A stretch of 37,141 nucleotides of DNA from an uncultured Candidatus Saccharibacteria bacterium (GTDB taxonomy: Bacteria > Patescibacteriota > Minisyncoccia > UBA6257 > Colwellbacteraceae): contig CAZFGN010000005.1 of the NCBI GenBank assembly GCA_964518695.1, forward strand, positions 1-37,141, given 5' to 3'. Position numbers and translations under genes: made by a program. Every line of letters begins with the position of its first letter. Position 1 is the first letter of the stretch. The notes beneath the pieces are model-generated. The model had not been told where the DNA came from and did no database searches. It was given only the letters and a program-made list of their open reading frames with translations. This document shows positions 7,728 through 14,714 of the stretch, one piece after another.

Positions 7728-7798
7728 TGCCGGGTCGTCTAATGGTAGGACAGTGGCCTTTGAAGCCATTAATCGGGGTTCGAAACCCTGCCCGGCAG
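7728..7798 (+). tRNA. tRNA-Gln (anticodon UUG)
   Basis: Manual cloverleaf: acceptor TGCCGGG/CCCGGCA (U1-A72, typical of bacterial tRNA-Gln); D arm GTCT-AATGGTA-GGAC; anticodon arm GTGGC-CTTTGAA-GCCAT; variable loop TAAT; T arm CGGGG-TTCGAAA-CCCTG; discriminator G. No CCA is encoded. Confidence 0.93.
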
Positions 7799-7800
7799 CT

Positions 7801-8436
7801 ATGAAAAAAATATATTTTGTAAGACATGGAGAGAGTGATGGTAATATTGGTAAATCACATCAAGAGGCAACTTCTTCACTTACAGAAAAGGGACGAGGTC
7901 AAGCGAATTTTATTGCCGAGCGATGCACAAAGTTGCTAATTGAGTTAGTCATCTCGAGCACGATGAACCGCGCCAAGCAAACTGCGGAGGTAATCGTAGA
8001 AAAAATTAGTAAACCAATAGAATATTCTGATCTTTTTAGTGAACGCCGCCGTCCAAAAGAACAATTAGGATCACTTAGAGATGACCCGAAAGCGCTTGAG
8101 GCTCAAGAGGCAATAACGAAAAATTTCGCAGTTCCCGGATTTCGCTTCTCGGATGAGGAAAATTTTGACGATTTGAAAGAACGTGCCGGAAAGGCTCTAG
8201 CGCATCTGAAGGATAGGCCGGAGAGCAACATATTGGTTGTTACCCATAGTTTTTTTATGACAACTATTACCGCTTACGCGATTTTTGGTGAAGATTTAAC
8301 GGCGTTAGAATGTAGAAAATTTGCCGATAAGTTTCATATGGAAAACACTGGTATCACTATTCTTGGTTTTGAGGAAAAAGGCAGGAAATCCCCCTGGTGG
8401 CTTTGGGTATGGAATGACCACACGCATCTTGGTTAA
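7801..8436 (+). CDS. Histidine phosphatase family protein (phosphoglycerate-mutase-like)
   Basis: MKKIYFVRHGESDGN carries the RHGE catalytic motif at the N-terminus, and a later VVTHSFF supplies the second His. The track ORF start at 7753 lies inside the tRNA, so I take the ATG at 7801 as the start. Confidence 0.85.
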   Translation: MKKIYFVRHGESDGNIGKSHQEATSSLTEKGRGQANFIAERCTKLLIELVISSTMNRAKQTAEVIVEKISKPIEYSDLFSERRRPKEQLGSLRDDPKALEAQEAITKNFAVPGFRFSDEENFDDLKERAGKALAHLKDRPESNILVVTHSFFMTTITAYAIFGEDLTALECRKFADKFHMENTGITILGFEEKGRKSPWWLWVWNDHTHLG

Positions 8437-8476
8437 GTTATTAAAAACTAATCAGATCAATTATACTTGAATAGCA

Positions 8477-9232
8477 ATGTCAGAATTTTATCAAGGTAAA
8501 AGGCAGAGAAATCTTTTTAATCCCGACGCAGTGGAACCGTATAAGATAAGTCGAAGTAAGATTGACCTCTTTTTAAAATGCGCGCGTTGTTTCTATTTAG
8601 ACAGGCGTTTGGGGATTTCTCAACCACCAGGTTTTCCTTTTAATTTGAATACGGCCGTAGATACGCTTTTGAAAAAAGAATTTGATATACATCGGGCGGC
8701 TAACACTATCCATCCTCTTATGGAAAGTTATGGGTTGGAACTTGTTCCTTTCAACCATGAAAAGATGGATGAATGGAGAGATTCTCTGAGGCGTGGCATA
8801 CAATATCTTCATCCGGAAACTAACTTGATTATAACGGGAGGAATAGACGACATCTGGGTAGATAGAGATGGCAAACTAAGTATTGTGGATTACAAAGCTA
8901 CCTCGAAAAGTGGAGGGGTTAGCCTGGATGCCGATTGGCAAATAGGCTACAAGAGGCAGATGGAGATATATCAATGGCTTTTCAGGCAAAACGGTTTTAA
9001 GGTGAGTGAGATTGGCTACTTTGTCTACTGCAATGGAGATACCGATAAAGGAGCTTTTGATGGCAAGTTAGAGTTCAATATAAAGATAATCCCCTACGAA
9101 GGCAATGACAGTTGGGTGGAAGGAACGATTAAGGATTTACACACTTGTCTTATAAGCCAAAATATTCCTGAGTCGAACCGGTTATGTGATTTTTGTTCTT
9201 ATAGACTTTTGGCAAGGGAGGTAGAGGCGTAA
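8477..9232 (+). CDS. PD-(D/E)XK nuclease family protein (Cas4/RecB-like) with paired CxxC motifs
   Basis: Nuclease core GGIDDIWV...IVDYKATSK (D...D-x-K) plus QMEIYQW (QxxxY). Cys pairs at CARC (N-terminal) and CDFC (C-terminal) suggest an Fe-S or Zn site as in Cas4/AddB-type nucleases. Confidence 0.75.
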   Translation: MSEFYQGKRQRNLFNPDAVEPYKISRSKIDLFLKCARCFYLDRRLGISQPPGFPFNLNTAVDTLLKKEFDIHRAANTIHPLMESYGLELVPFNHEKMDEWRDSLRRGIQYLHPETNLIITGGIDDIWVDRDGKLSIVDYKATSKSGGVSLDADWQIGYKRQMEIYQWLFRQNGFKVSEIGYFVYCNGDTDKGAFDGKLEFNIKIIPYEGNDSWVEGTIKDLHTCLISQNIPESNRLCDFCSYRLLAREVEA

Positions 9233-9240
9233 ACATAATA

Positions 9241-9274
9241 AATAGAACTGACCCCCTAAGGAGTCAGTTCTATT
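9241..9274. terminator. Stem-loop terminator (12-bp perfect stem AATAGAACTGAC/GTCAGTTCTATT) between the nuclease gene (+) and rnpB (-)
   Basis: Read directly from the sequence. On the minus strand the stem is followed by the U-rich tail TATTATGTTT, so it fits best as the rnpB terminator and may act in both directions. Confidence 0.7.
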
Positions 9275-9688
9275 GTAGGTAATTCATAAGCCGGATTCTG
9301 TCTGCGCCACGCTTTTAGCATAGCGGAGATAGTAATTTATCTAGACCTTTGATTACTCGTAGGCTCAAGCGGCACTTCCGCCTCATCGGCGGACACGACC
9401 TTGCACCCGGTAAGGATTTAGCCGTTTCACCTCTGCTTTTTGATCCCTATGGCAGAATTAGACCATCTACGTTGGGGTTGGGTCTTCTCATTTCCTTTCG
9501 AAAATGGACGTCTCTGTTCGCACCTCTTCCGCCTCATTGTGCGGACGACGGCTGTTAGCCGTTACCTTTTTATCCGCCTCATCGGCGGAGAGTGTCCGGA
9601 CTTTCCTCTTTACCAAATTCTAGGAAATATAAAGAACTTGCATGAAAGGTATTTATTAGAATTAATAAAGCTACTATCTGAATTGCCT
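9275..9688 (-). ncRNA. rnpB: RNase P RNA, bacterial type A-like
   Basis: The reverse complement contains the universally conserved blocks GAGGAAAGTCCGGAC (P4 5' strand), AGGTAACGG, GTGCGAACAGAGA, CTTGAGCC, CTAGATAAAT and ACAGAATCCGGCTTA (P4 3' strand), in the same order as E. coli M1 RNA. A candidate P1 pairs TAGGCAATTCA (5') with TGAATTACCTA (3'). The ends are approximate (about +/-15 nt). Confidence 0.9.
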
Positions 9689-9693
9689 AGTTT

Positions 9694-9722
9694 ATTGTAT
9701 AAGAATATTATCTTTTTTTCAA
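9694..9722 (-). promoter_or_regulatory. Candidate sigma70-type promoter of rnpB (-35 TTGAAA, 17-nt spacer, -10 TACAAT)
   Basis: On the minus strand, TTGAAA is at 9722-9717 and TACAAT at 9699-9694. This places the transcription start near 9687-9690, which matches the predicted P1 5' strand. Confidence 0.45.
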
Positions 9723-9877
9723 TAGGGTTATTTTTATTCACTATTACGAATATAAATTGTTTGTGATATGAAAAAGAAAAAGCGGCAGAGGTCACAAGGA
9801 CACACTGCCACTTCACTTTGGGTGGGGTTGAAACTAACGAAAGAAACAAAGAACAAGAATGAAAGAACTAATGAACC

Positions 9878-10138
9878 CTAGCGGCTAAGGTTCTGGTTTG
9901 ACGGCAGCGGATTTCGCTGGCCGCGATTTCGGCTCCAAGAGAGCCAAACCAACATGCCAAGGATTATCGCGATTACAATACCTATTCCGAGAACCATTCC
10001 CTCCGTCGAAAGTGACGTGAGAGATTTAATTCCACGGGTGATATATCTATGGAAGTAATACGTAAGTACACTTGCACAGATAAAGGTAACGAAAATCTCG
10101 CGAATCTTAGCGGCAAAATCCAATACTTGATTTCTCAT
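9878..10138 (-). CDS. Hypothetical small membrane protein (two predicted TM segments)
   Basis: 86-aa ORF with hydrophobic segments IFVTFICASVLTYYF and GMVLGIGIVIAIILGMLVWLSW. It has no recognisable family and stands alone in a low-coding region. The call is weak. Confidence 0.35.
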   Translation of the reverse strand: MRNQVLDFAAKIREIFVTFICASVLTYYFHRYITRGIKSLTSLSTEGMVLGIGIVIAIILGMLVWLSWSRNRGQRNPLPSNQNLSR

Positions 10139-10219
10139 ATACGCATAAGGGTGAATAACTAGACCTATATATAGTTGTATATAGTTGTAGCTGATACCCT
10201 TTAAAGAACTTTAGTGAAT

Positions 10220-10275
10220 AAAATCAATTCGACCTCACGTGCAAACCCCTTATGCACGTGAAGGAAATTGATTTT
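10220..10275 (-). terminator. Long imperfect hairpin downstream of the RNase H gene (outer arms AAAATCAATT/AATTGATTTT, inner arms CACGTGCA/TGCACGTG)
   Basis: It begins 27 nt after the rnhA-like stop codon on the minus strand, and the distal arm ends in a U-run. Confidence 0.6.
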
Positions 10276-10302
10276 ATGGGACGTATAATACCATAAGAAG
10301 AG

Positions 10303-10731
10303 CTAGATGTCAAGGGCATCTAAGGCTTGATTTACCATTCTGTCTGCTCCCTTATTTTGTTCTCTGGGGATATGGATAATACTAACTTTCTTAAAATCTT
10401 GTTTAAGGTTCCAAACTTCTATGAATAAGAGTCCAAGATTAACATCTTTGACTTTGTAAGAGCCATTTAATTGTTTGGTTAAAAGCTCGCTGTCGGTACG
10501 GATATCGATTTCCGATAATTTAGTATTTTTCTTGCCTATCAACTGTTTAGCCTTTTTTAAAGCAAAGATTACAGCAAGGTATTCAGCCACATTGTTTGTA
10601 GTACTGCCGATTTTCTCGCCATACTCTTTGGTGTCACCCCCTATGTTAATAACAACTCCAATAGCTGCCGGACCAGGATTCCCTCTAGCTCCACCATCAG
10701 TATGTATAATTATTTTTTTTGGATTGTCCAT
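10303..10731 (-). CDS. rnhA: Ribonuclease H family protein (RNase HI-like, RVT_3-type)
   Basis: 142 aa. IIHTDGGARGNPGPAAIGVV, NNVAEYLAVIFALKKA, TDSELLTKQLNGSYKVK and REQNKGADRMVNQA supply the D-E-D-D catalytic pattern of RNase H. Confidence 0.85.
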   Translation of the reverse strand: MDNPKKIIIHTDGGARGNPGPAAIGVVINIGGDTKEYGEKIGSTTNNVAEYLAVIFALKKAKQLIGKKNTKLSEIDIRTDSELLTKQLNGSYKVKDVNLGLLFIEVWNLKQDFKKVSIIHIPREQNKGADRMVNQALDALDI

Positions 10732-10741
10732 TTTCCAGCTT

Positions 10742-10780
10742 AATATACTACATGTCCGATCGGCGATGTAGTATACTAAT
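10742..10780. repeat. Imperfect palindromic element, copy 2 (AATATACTACATGT-CCGATCGG-CGATGTAGTATACTAAT), between the pgk stop and the rnhA-like start
   Basis: 35 of 39 positions match 7197-7235, with the same CCGATCGG core. On the minus strand the proximal arm provides a TATATT box 10 nt upstream of the rnhA-like ATG. Confidence 0.8.
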
Positions 10781-10785
10781 ACTTT

Positions 10786-11871
10786 CTATCTTCTTTGTAG
10801 TTTCAAGACCACCAAAGCGGGCAATTTTTTTCCGGAGAAAAATTCGAGCATTGCTCCGCCACCAGTAGATAAAAAAAAGTTTTTATTTTTTAGTTTAAGA
10901 TTGCTAGTAATTAGTTTAAGTGAGGCAATGGTTTCTCCTCCGCCTACTACAACTTTAGCTCTTCTGTTCCGTAGAATCGCTTGCCAGATAGCTTTCGTAC
11001 CCTTTGAAAATTCTTTTTTTTCAAACAGTCCCATTGGCCCACCCCAGACAACAGTTGCCGCAGATTTTATTATATCTGAATAAATTTTTATAGTTTTAGG
11101 GCCAATATCTAGGATTTGATTGTCTGTTTTGCTAGAATCTTGTGGGATTACTATTTTGGGGTTTTTCAGAAGTTCTTTGGCTATATCCAACTCGTGTGCC
11201 TCAAAGAGAGATTTACCGATGTTTATTCCGCTAGCCTTCAAAAATGTATTAGCCGGTCCCCCACCTAAAAGAATATGGTTAACTTGCGGAAGCATTTTTT
11301 TTATCACGTCTATTTTATCTGATGCCTTAGCTCCACCGATTATAAGCACAAAAGGTTTCTTAGGGTGAGAAGCTATTTTAGAAAGGATTGCAACTTCTTT
11401 AGTGAAGGCGGGACTAGGTTTGATCTTTAAAAATTTGGCAATCCCCACATTAGAAGCGTTGCCTCTATGGCTTGTAGCGAAATCGTCGTTCACATATTTT
11501 GTGCCAAGAGATGCTAGTGTTTTGGCAAGGCCTGGATTATTTTTACGTTCACCGGGAAGAAACCTTAAGTTTTCTAAGAGAAATACAGCTCCTCCTTTGG
11601 CCTTGGAGATATTTTCCTTAATCTCTTTGAACTCAAACTCAGGCAAAAAGATAACTTTCTTTTTAAGTTTTTTTTCAAAGAGCGATTTAAAGGGCTTGAG
11701 ACTTAACTTACTATCAAAGCCTTCTGGTCTTCCCATATGGCTCAATATAATTACCTTATTAGTTTTTTTACTTAAATTCTCAATAGTCGCGGCAGATTTG
11801 AGGAACCGCAAAGATTTTTCTTTATTTTTCTCCTCAATATCTAAATTTATTCTTATAAGATATGTATCCAT
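10786..11871 (-). CDS. pgk: Phosphoglycerate kinase
   Basis: 361 aa with VIILSHMGRPEG, FLLENLRF, ATSHRGNASNVG, IIGGAKASDKI, VWGGPMGLFE and STGGGA motifs. Confidence 0.95.
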   Translation of the reverse strand: MDTYLIRINLDIEEKNKEKSLRFLKSAATIENLSKKTNKVIILSHMGRPEGFDSKLSLKPFKSLFEKKLKKKVIFLPEFEFKEIKENISKAKGGAVFLLENLRFLPGERKNNPGLAKTLASLGTKYVNDDFATSHRGNASNVGIAKFLKIKPSPAFTKEVAILSKIASHPKKPFVLIIGGAKASDKIDVIKKMLPQVNHILLGGGPANTFLKASGINIGKSLFEAHELDIAKELLKNPKIVIPQDSSKTDNQILDIGPKTIKIYSDIIKSAATVVWGGPMGLFEKKEFSKGTKAIWQAILRNRRAKVVVGGGETIASLKLITSNLKLKNKNFFLSTGGGAMLEFFSGKKLPALVVLKLQRR

Positions 11872-11951
11872 AGTTGATCTAGTATAGCTTAAAAAAAGAT
11901 AATTTTGAAGAATGTAACATTTCTTTGGTTCTTCAATATATTAAATCTAAA

Positions 11952-11969
11952 CCCCTTCCGAAGAAGGGG
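11952..11969 (-). terminator. Rho-independent-type terminator hairpin (CCCCTTC-CGAA-GAAGGGG)
   Basis: A 7-bp GC-rich stem with a tetraloop. On the minus strand it is followed by TTTAGATTTAA. It lies 107 nt downstream of the gtrA-like stop codon. Confidence 0.6.
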
Positions 11970-12075
11970 CTTAGACCAACAAATAATGAAGGGCAATTCT
12001 TGGCCGACAAGTCGTCAAGCATTACTCGTCACTCATTCTGGGGATGATTATAGACTAAGCTTATTTTAAAGTCAA

Positions 12076-12504
12076 CTACTTCTTGAAAACAAAGAATTTA
12101 TAGCCGACGAAGTTAGAAACCAAAGAAACTCCACTGGCTACCATTTTGGCTATAAAGATCCAGGAGATAGGCCCAATCTGTTCAAAAGGAGGCCTGATAA
12201 ATTCAGTAATGCCGTAGACTACGACATCGTTTATGTATAAACCCATTAAACTCACCATCAAAAATTTTGAAACCTCTATCGTACGGACAGATTGTGGCCC
12301 CAAACCAAAAGTCCAGTATTTATTCATAAAATAGCTGTTAGTCACTGCAGTAAGGAAGGCAATGCTGTTTAGAACTATTAGCCCGCCACCACTTTGAATG
12401 TCGGTTAAATAAATAAGTGACCTTAAAATGCCAAAATCAATGGCCGTATTAACTAAACCTACAGTTATGAATCGCGATAACTGATAAATAAGCGCGGAGT
12501 TCAT
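12076..12504 (-). CDS. GtrA family membrane protein
   Basis: 142 aa with four hydrophobic segments. The N-terminal RFITVGLVNTAIDFGIL matches the GtrA-like consensus. Confidence 0.85.
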   Translation of the reverse strand: MNSALIYQLSRFITVGLVNTAIDFGILRSLIYLTDIQSGGGLIVLNSIAFLTAVTNSYFMNKYWTFGLGPQSVRTIEVSKFLMVSLMGLYINDVVVYGITEFIRPPFEQIGPISWIFIAKMVASGVSLVSNFVGYKFFVFKK

Positions 12505-12577
12505 TTAGAGGAACGGAAAGCTTAGAGACACTATAATTACTAGTGCGAATATAATTATAAATATTTTAGAAATTATC

Positions 12578-13339
12578 TTATTCAATTTCATAAGTTACAT
12601 TCACCTGAATAGTTACCTCTTCTGTTCCTGGCTGTATTGTTGGTAGAGGTGATTGGCTAATGTAGTCTAGCCCTCCGACATTGCGTTCAAAGGAAGGATA
12701 AGGATACGGAAGATATGGAGGTCCGTTCTGATTTTCCGAAAAATTGATTACCCTCTTGATTCTAACTCCTTTTAGTGATGCCATTTCAGCAGCCTTTTGA
12801 TGCGCCTTTGAAAAGGCTTCACTCCTGGCTTCGATTAAATATTTATCTCGCTCATCAACCTCAAAAGAAACCGAGCCTATTTGATTAACGCCTAATTCCG
12901 AAAGGCCACCGATAATTTTTGCAACTTTATTTAAATCCCGAATTTTAACTAACGTCGTCTGATTTAGAGTATAACCTGTAATAAAAGATTGCCTTCGCGT
13001 TTCGTTGTATTCATAACGCGGTGAGAGACTATAATTGGTCGTTTTTATATCTTTCTCGTTCACCCCCTGACTTTTCACAAAATCTATAGCCGCGGTCATT
13101 TTTTTGGAATTATCTGTCTGTAAAATCTCCGGATTAGAACCTTCTGAAACAACCGAGAAAGAAGTTTTAGCAATATCAGGAGAAACCGTTGCTTTGCCTT
13201 CAGCGTTTACATTAATAGTTTTCGATGGGCTCAAAGATAAACTCCACTTTAAGGCCGCATTGCTCATCAAAACGACGGCAAAAACTATAACTACCAATAA
13301 GATATTCCTCAACGCTTGGTTCAAATTCATTTGTGTCAT
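12578..13339 (-). CDS. SIMPL domain (DUF541) protein, secreted or periplasmic
   Basis: Signal anchor followed by TINVNAEGKATVSPDIAKTSFSV and GYTLNQTTLVKIRDLNKV, as in 26-kDa periplasmic immunogenic/SIMPL proteins. Confidence 0.8.
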   Translation of the reverse strand: MTQMNLNQALRNILLVVIVFAVVLMSNAALKWSLSLSPSKTINVNAEGKATVSPDIAKTSFSVVSEGSNPEILQTDNSKKMTAAIDFVKSQGVNEKDIKTTNYSLSPRYEYNETRRQSFITGYTLNQTTLVKIRDLNKVAKIIGGLSELGVNQIGSVSFEVDERDKYLIEARSEAFSKAHQKAAEMASLKGVRIKRVINFSENQNGPPYLPYPYPSFERNVGGLDYISQSPLPTIQPGTEEVTIQVNVTYEIE

Positions 13340-13341
13340 GA

Positions 13342-14088
13342 CTATATTATACTACTTATTACCCTGTTGAATTCAAGCGCTTCAAGACTGACACCACCAA
13401 CTAAGGCACCGTCAAGTTCCTTTTGGGCAATAAAATTATGAGCGTTTTTAGCGGTTACCGATCCACCATATAAAACTCTAGAATTTCGTATATGGTATAT
13501 AGTATGTAACAGATTTTTGATGAATTTAATCATTTCTACAGCATCTTCCGGAGTATCAGGCCTGCTTCCTTTTTCTGTGCTTATGGCCCAAACAGGTTCA
13601 TAAGCAATTAGTAGCTTGTTAGTTTGATAGTTTTTTGGTTTTTTAGCTAAACCGCTCAAGCCTTTCGTTAATTGAGATTTGATAAATTCTTTTGCCGCCT
13701 TTTTGCCTTGATTGCGGATATCCAACGATTCGCCGACGCACAAAATAACATTAATCCCGGCCTTCAGCGCGGCTTTCACCTTTTTATTAATTAATTCGTC
13801 AGTTTCTGCAAGATAGCGACGGCGTTCGGAATGTCCGATTATAACGTATGTCACTTTAAGATGTCTTAATTGATGCCACGAAACTTCACCAGTATAAGGA
13901 CCGATGTCTCCCCAAAATATGTCTTGCGCACCCAGTTTCGCATATTTAATGGCTTTGCCCACTTGTTCCAAGAATGGATAAGGAGGGGCTATAACAACAC
14001 CTTTCTTATCAATAGATTTGGCTAATCTTATGGCTGAGGTTACATTATGAGGACTTGATTTCCAATTGGCAACTAACAGTTTTAACAT
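13342..14088 (-). CDS. tpiA: Triosephosphate isomerase
   Basis: LLVANWKS, IIGHSERR, AYEPVWAISTE and YGGSV motifs. I prefer the ATG at 14088 (MLKLLVANWK) to the upstream track start at 14136, which would overlap the dedA-like gene. Confidence 0.93.
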   Translation of the reverse strand: MLKLLVANWKSSPHNVTSAIRLAKSIDKKGVVIAPPYPFLEQVGKAIKYAKLGAQDIFWGDIGPYTGEVSWHQLRHLKVTYVIIGHSERRRYLAETDELINKKVKAALKAGINVILCVGESLDIRNQGKKAAKEFIKSQLTKGLSGLAKKPKNYQTNKLLIAYEPVWAISTEKGSRPDTPEDAVEMIKFIKNLLHTIYHIRNSRVLYGGSVTAKNAHNFIAQKELDGALVGGVSLEALEFNRVISSII

Positions 14089-14093
14089 TGTTT

Positions 14094-14714
14094 CTATTTT
14101 AACACTCTTTTTGAAAAACGGCGATAAACGAACCATAAGATAAACGCTAAGATTATAAAAATAATGACTACATCGAAACGCCTGAAATACTGTTCAAGGA
14201 AGCTCCAATTTTCTCCAGCTTGGTAACCTATAAAAGTTAATATAAGCGACCATAAAAATGAACCAGTAAAGGTGAAGATAGAAAATTCGACCAAGTTTAC
14301 TCGGAACATTCCCGCGGGGAAGGATATAAAAGTTCTTATGACTGGCACTAATCTAGCGAAAAACGAAGAGAAAAGTCCGAATTCCTTGAACCAATTTTCG
14401 GCAATATCAAAATCTTGGCTGTCAATAAGAGCTAATTTAGAAAGGGTTTTGATTGCCTTTTTACCATAGCGATAGGCAATGAAATAGTTTATGAGCGATC
14501 CCAGCAGATTACCTAAAGCGCCTGCGATGATTACTAGCCACAAATTGAACCTGCCAGTCGCGACGAGAAAACCAGAAAAAGGCATAATAATCTCGGAGGG
14601 AATCGGAATGTTGGCGCTCTCTAGGGCCATTAAGAAAAAAATCCCTAAATAGCCCCAGGAATCTATGGTATTCAACGTCCATCGGGAAACAACGATAAGG
14701 ACTTCTTCAAACAT
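14094..14714 (-). CDS. DedA/SNARE-associated (VTT domain) membrane protein
   Basis: 206 aa polytopic protein. GYLGIFFLMALESANIPIPSEIIMPFSGFL and RLVPVIRTFISFPAG are typical DedA motifs. Confidence 0.85.
   Translation of the reverse strand: MFEEVLIVVSRWTLNTIDSWGYLGIFFLMALESANIPIPSEIIMPFSGFLVATGRFNLWLVIIAGALGNLLGSLINYFIAYRYGKKAIKTLSKLALIDSQDFDIAENWFKEFGLFSSFFARLVPVIRTFISFPAGMFRVNLVEFSIFTFTGSFLWSLILTFIGYQAGENWSFLEQYFRRFDVVIIFIILAFILWFVYRRFSKRVLK

Noticed and set aside
7753-7800. 5'-extended ORF starts in the track: 7753 (through the tRNA), 30130 (rplF), 30575 (rpsH), 35025 (rplB), 14136 (tpiA), 6029 (hydrolase, TTG) and 35275 (rplW, TTG)
   Set aside because: The extensions overlap the upstream gene or the tRNA and add residues that do not fit the family. 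Internal ATGs reproduce the canonical family N-termini and give tight stop-start junctions.
9377-9589. Three near-identical 17-18-mers TCCGCCTCATCGGCGGA (9377-9393 and 9573-9589) and TCCGCCTCATTGTGCGGA (9528-9545), which at first looked like a short repeat array
   Set aside because: All three lie inside rnpB. Each is a self-complementary stem-loop, or alternatively a pairing partner, consistent with helices of the RNase P RNA. There is no regular spacer architecture, so this is not a CRISPR or a mobile repeat.
9349-9766. Track ORFs of 69 aa (9349-9558, +) and 108 aa (9440-9766, +), plus the 79-aa ORF at 9610-9849 (-)
   Set aside because: They overlap the RNase P RNA gene and its promoter. 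The region carries the conserved rnpB blocks on the minus strand, and the ORFs have no protein-like features.
10786-14088. pgk and tpiA are separated by gtrA and a SIMPL gene instead of forming gap-pgk-tpiA
   Set aside because: Glycolytic gene order is variable among bacteria, and nothing in the sequence indicates a recent insertion.
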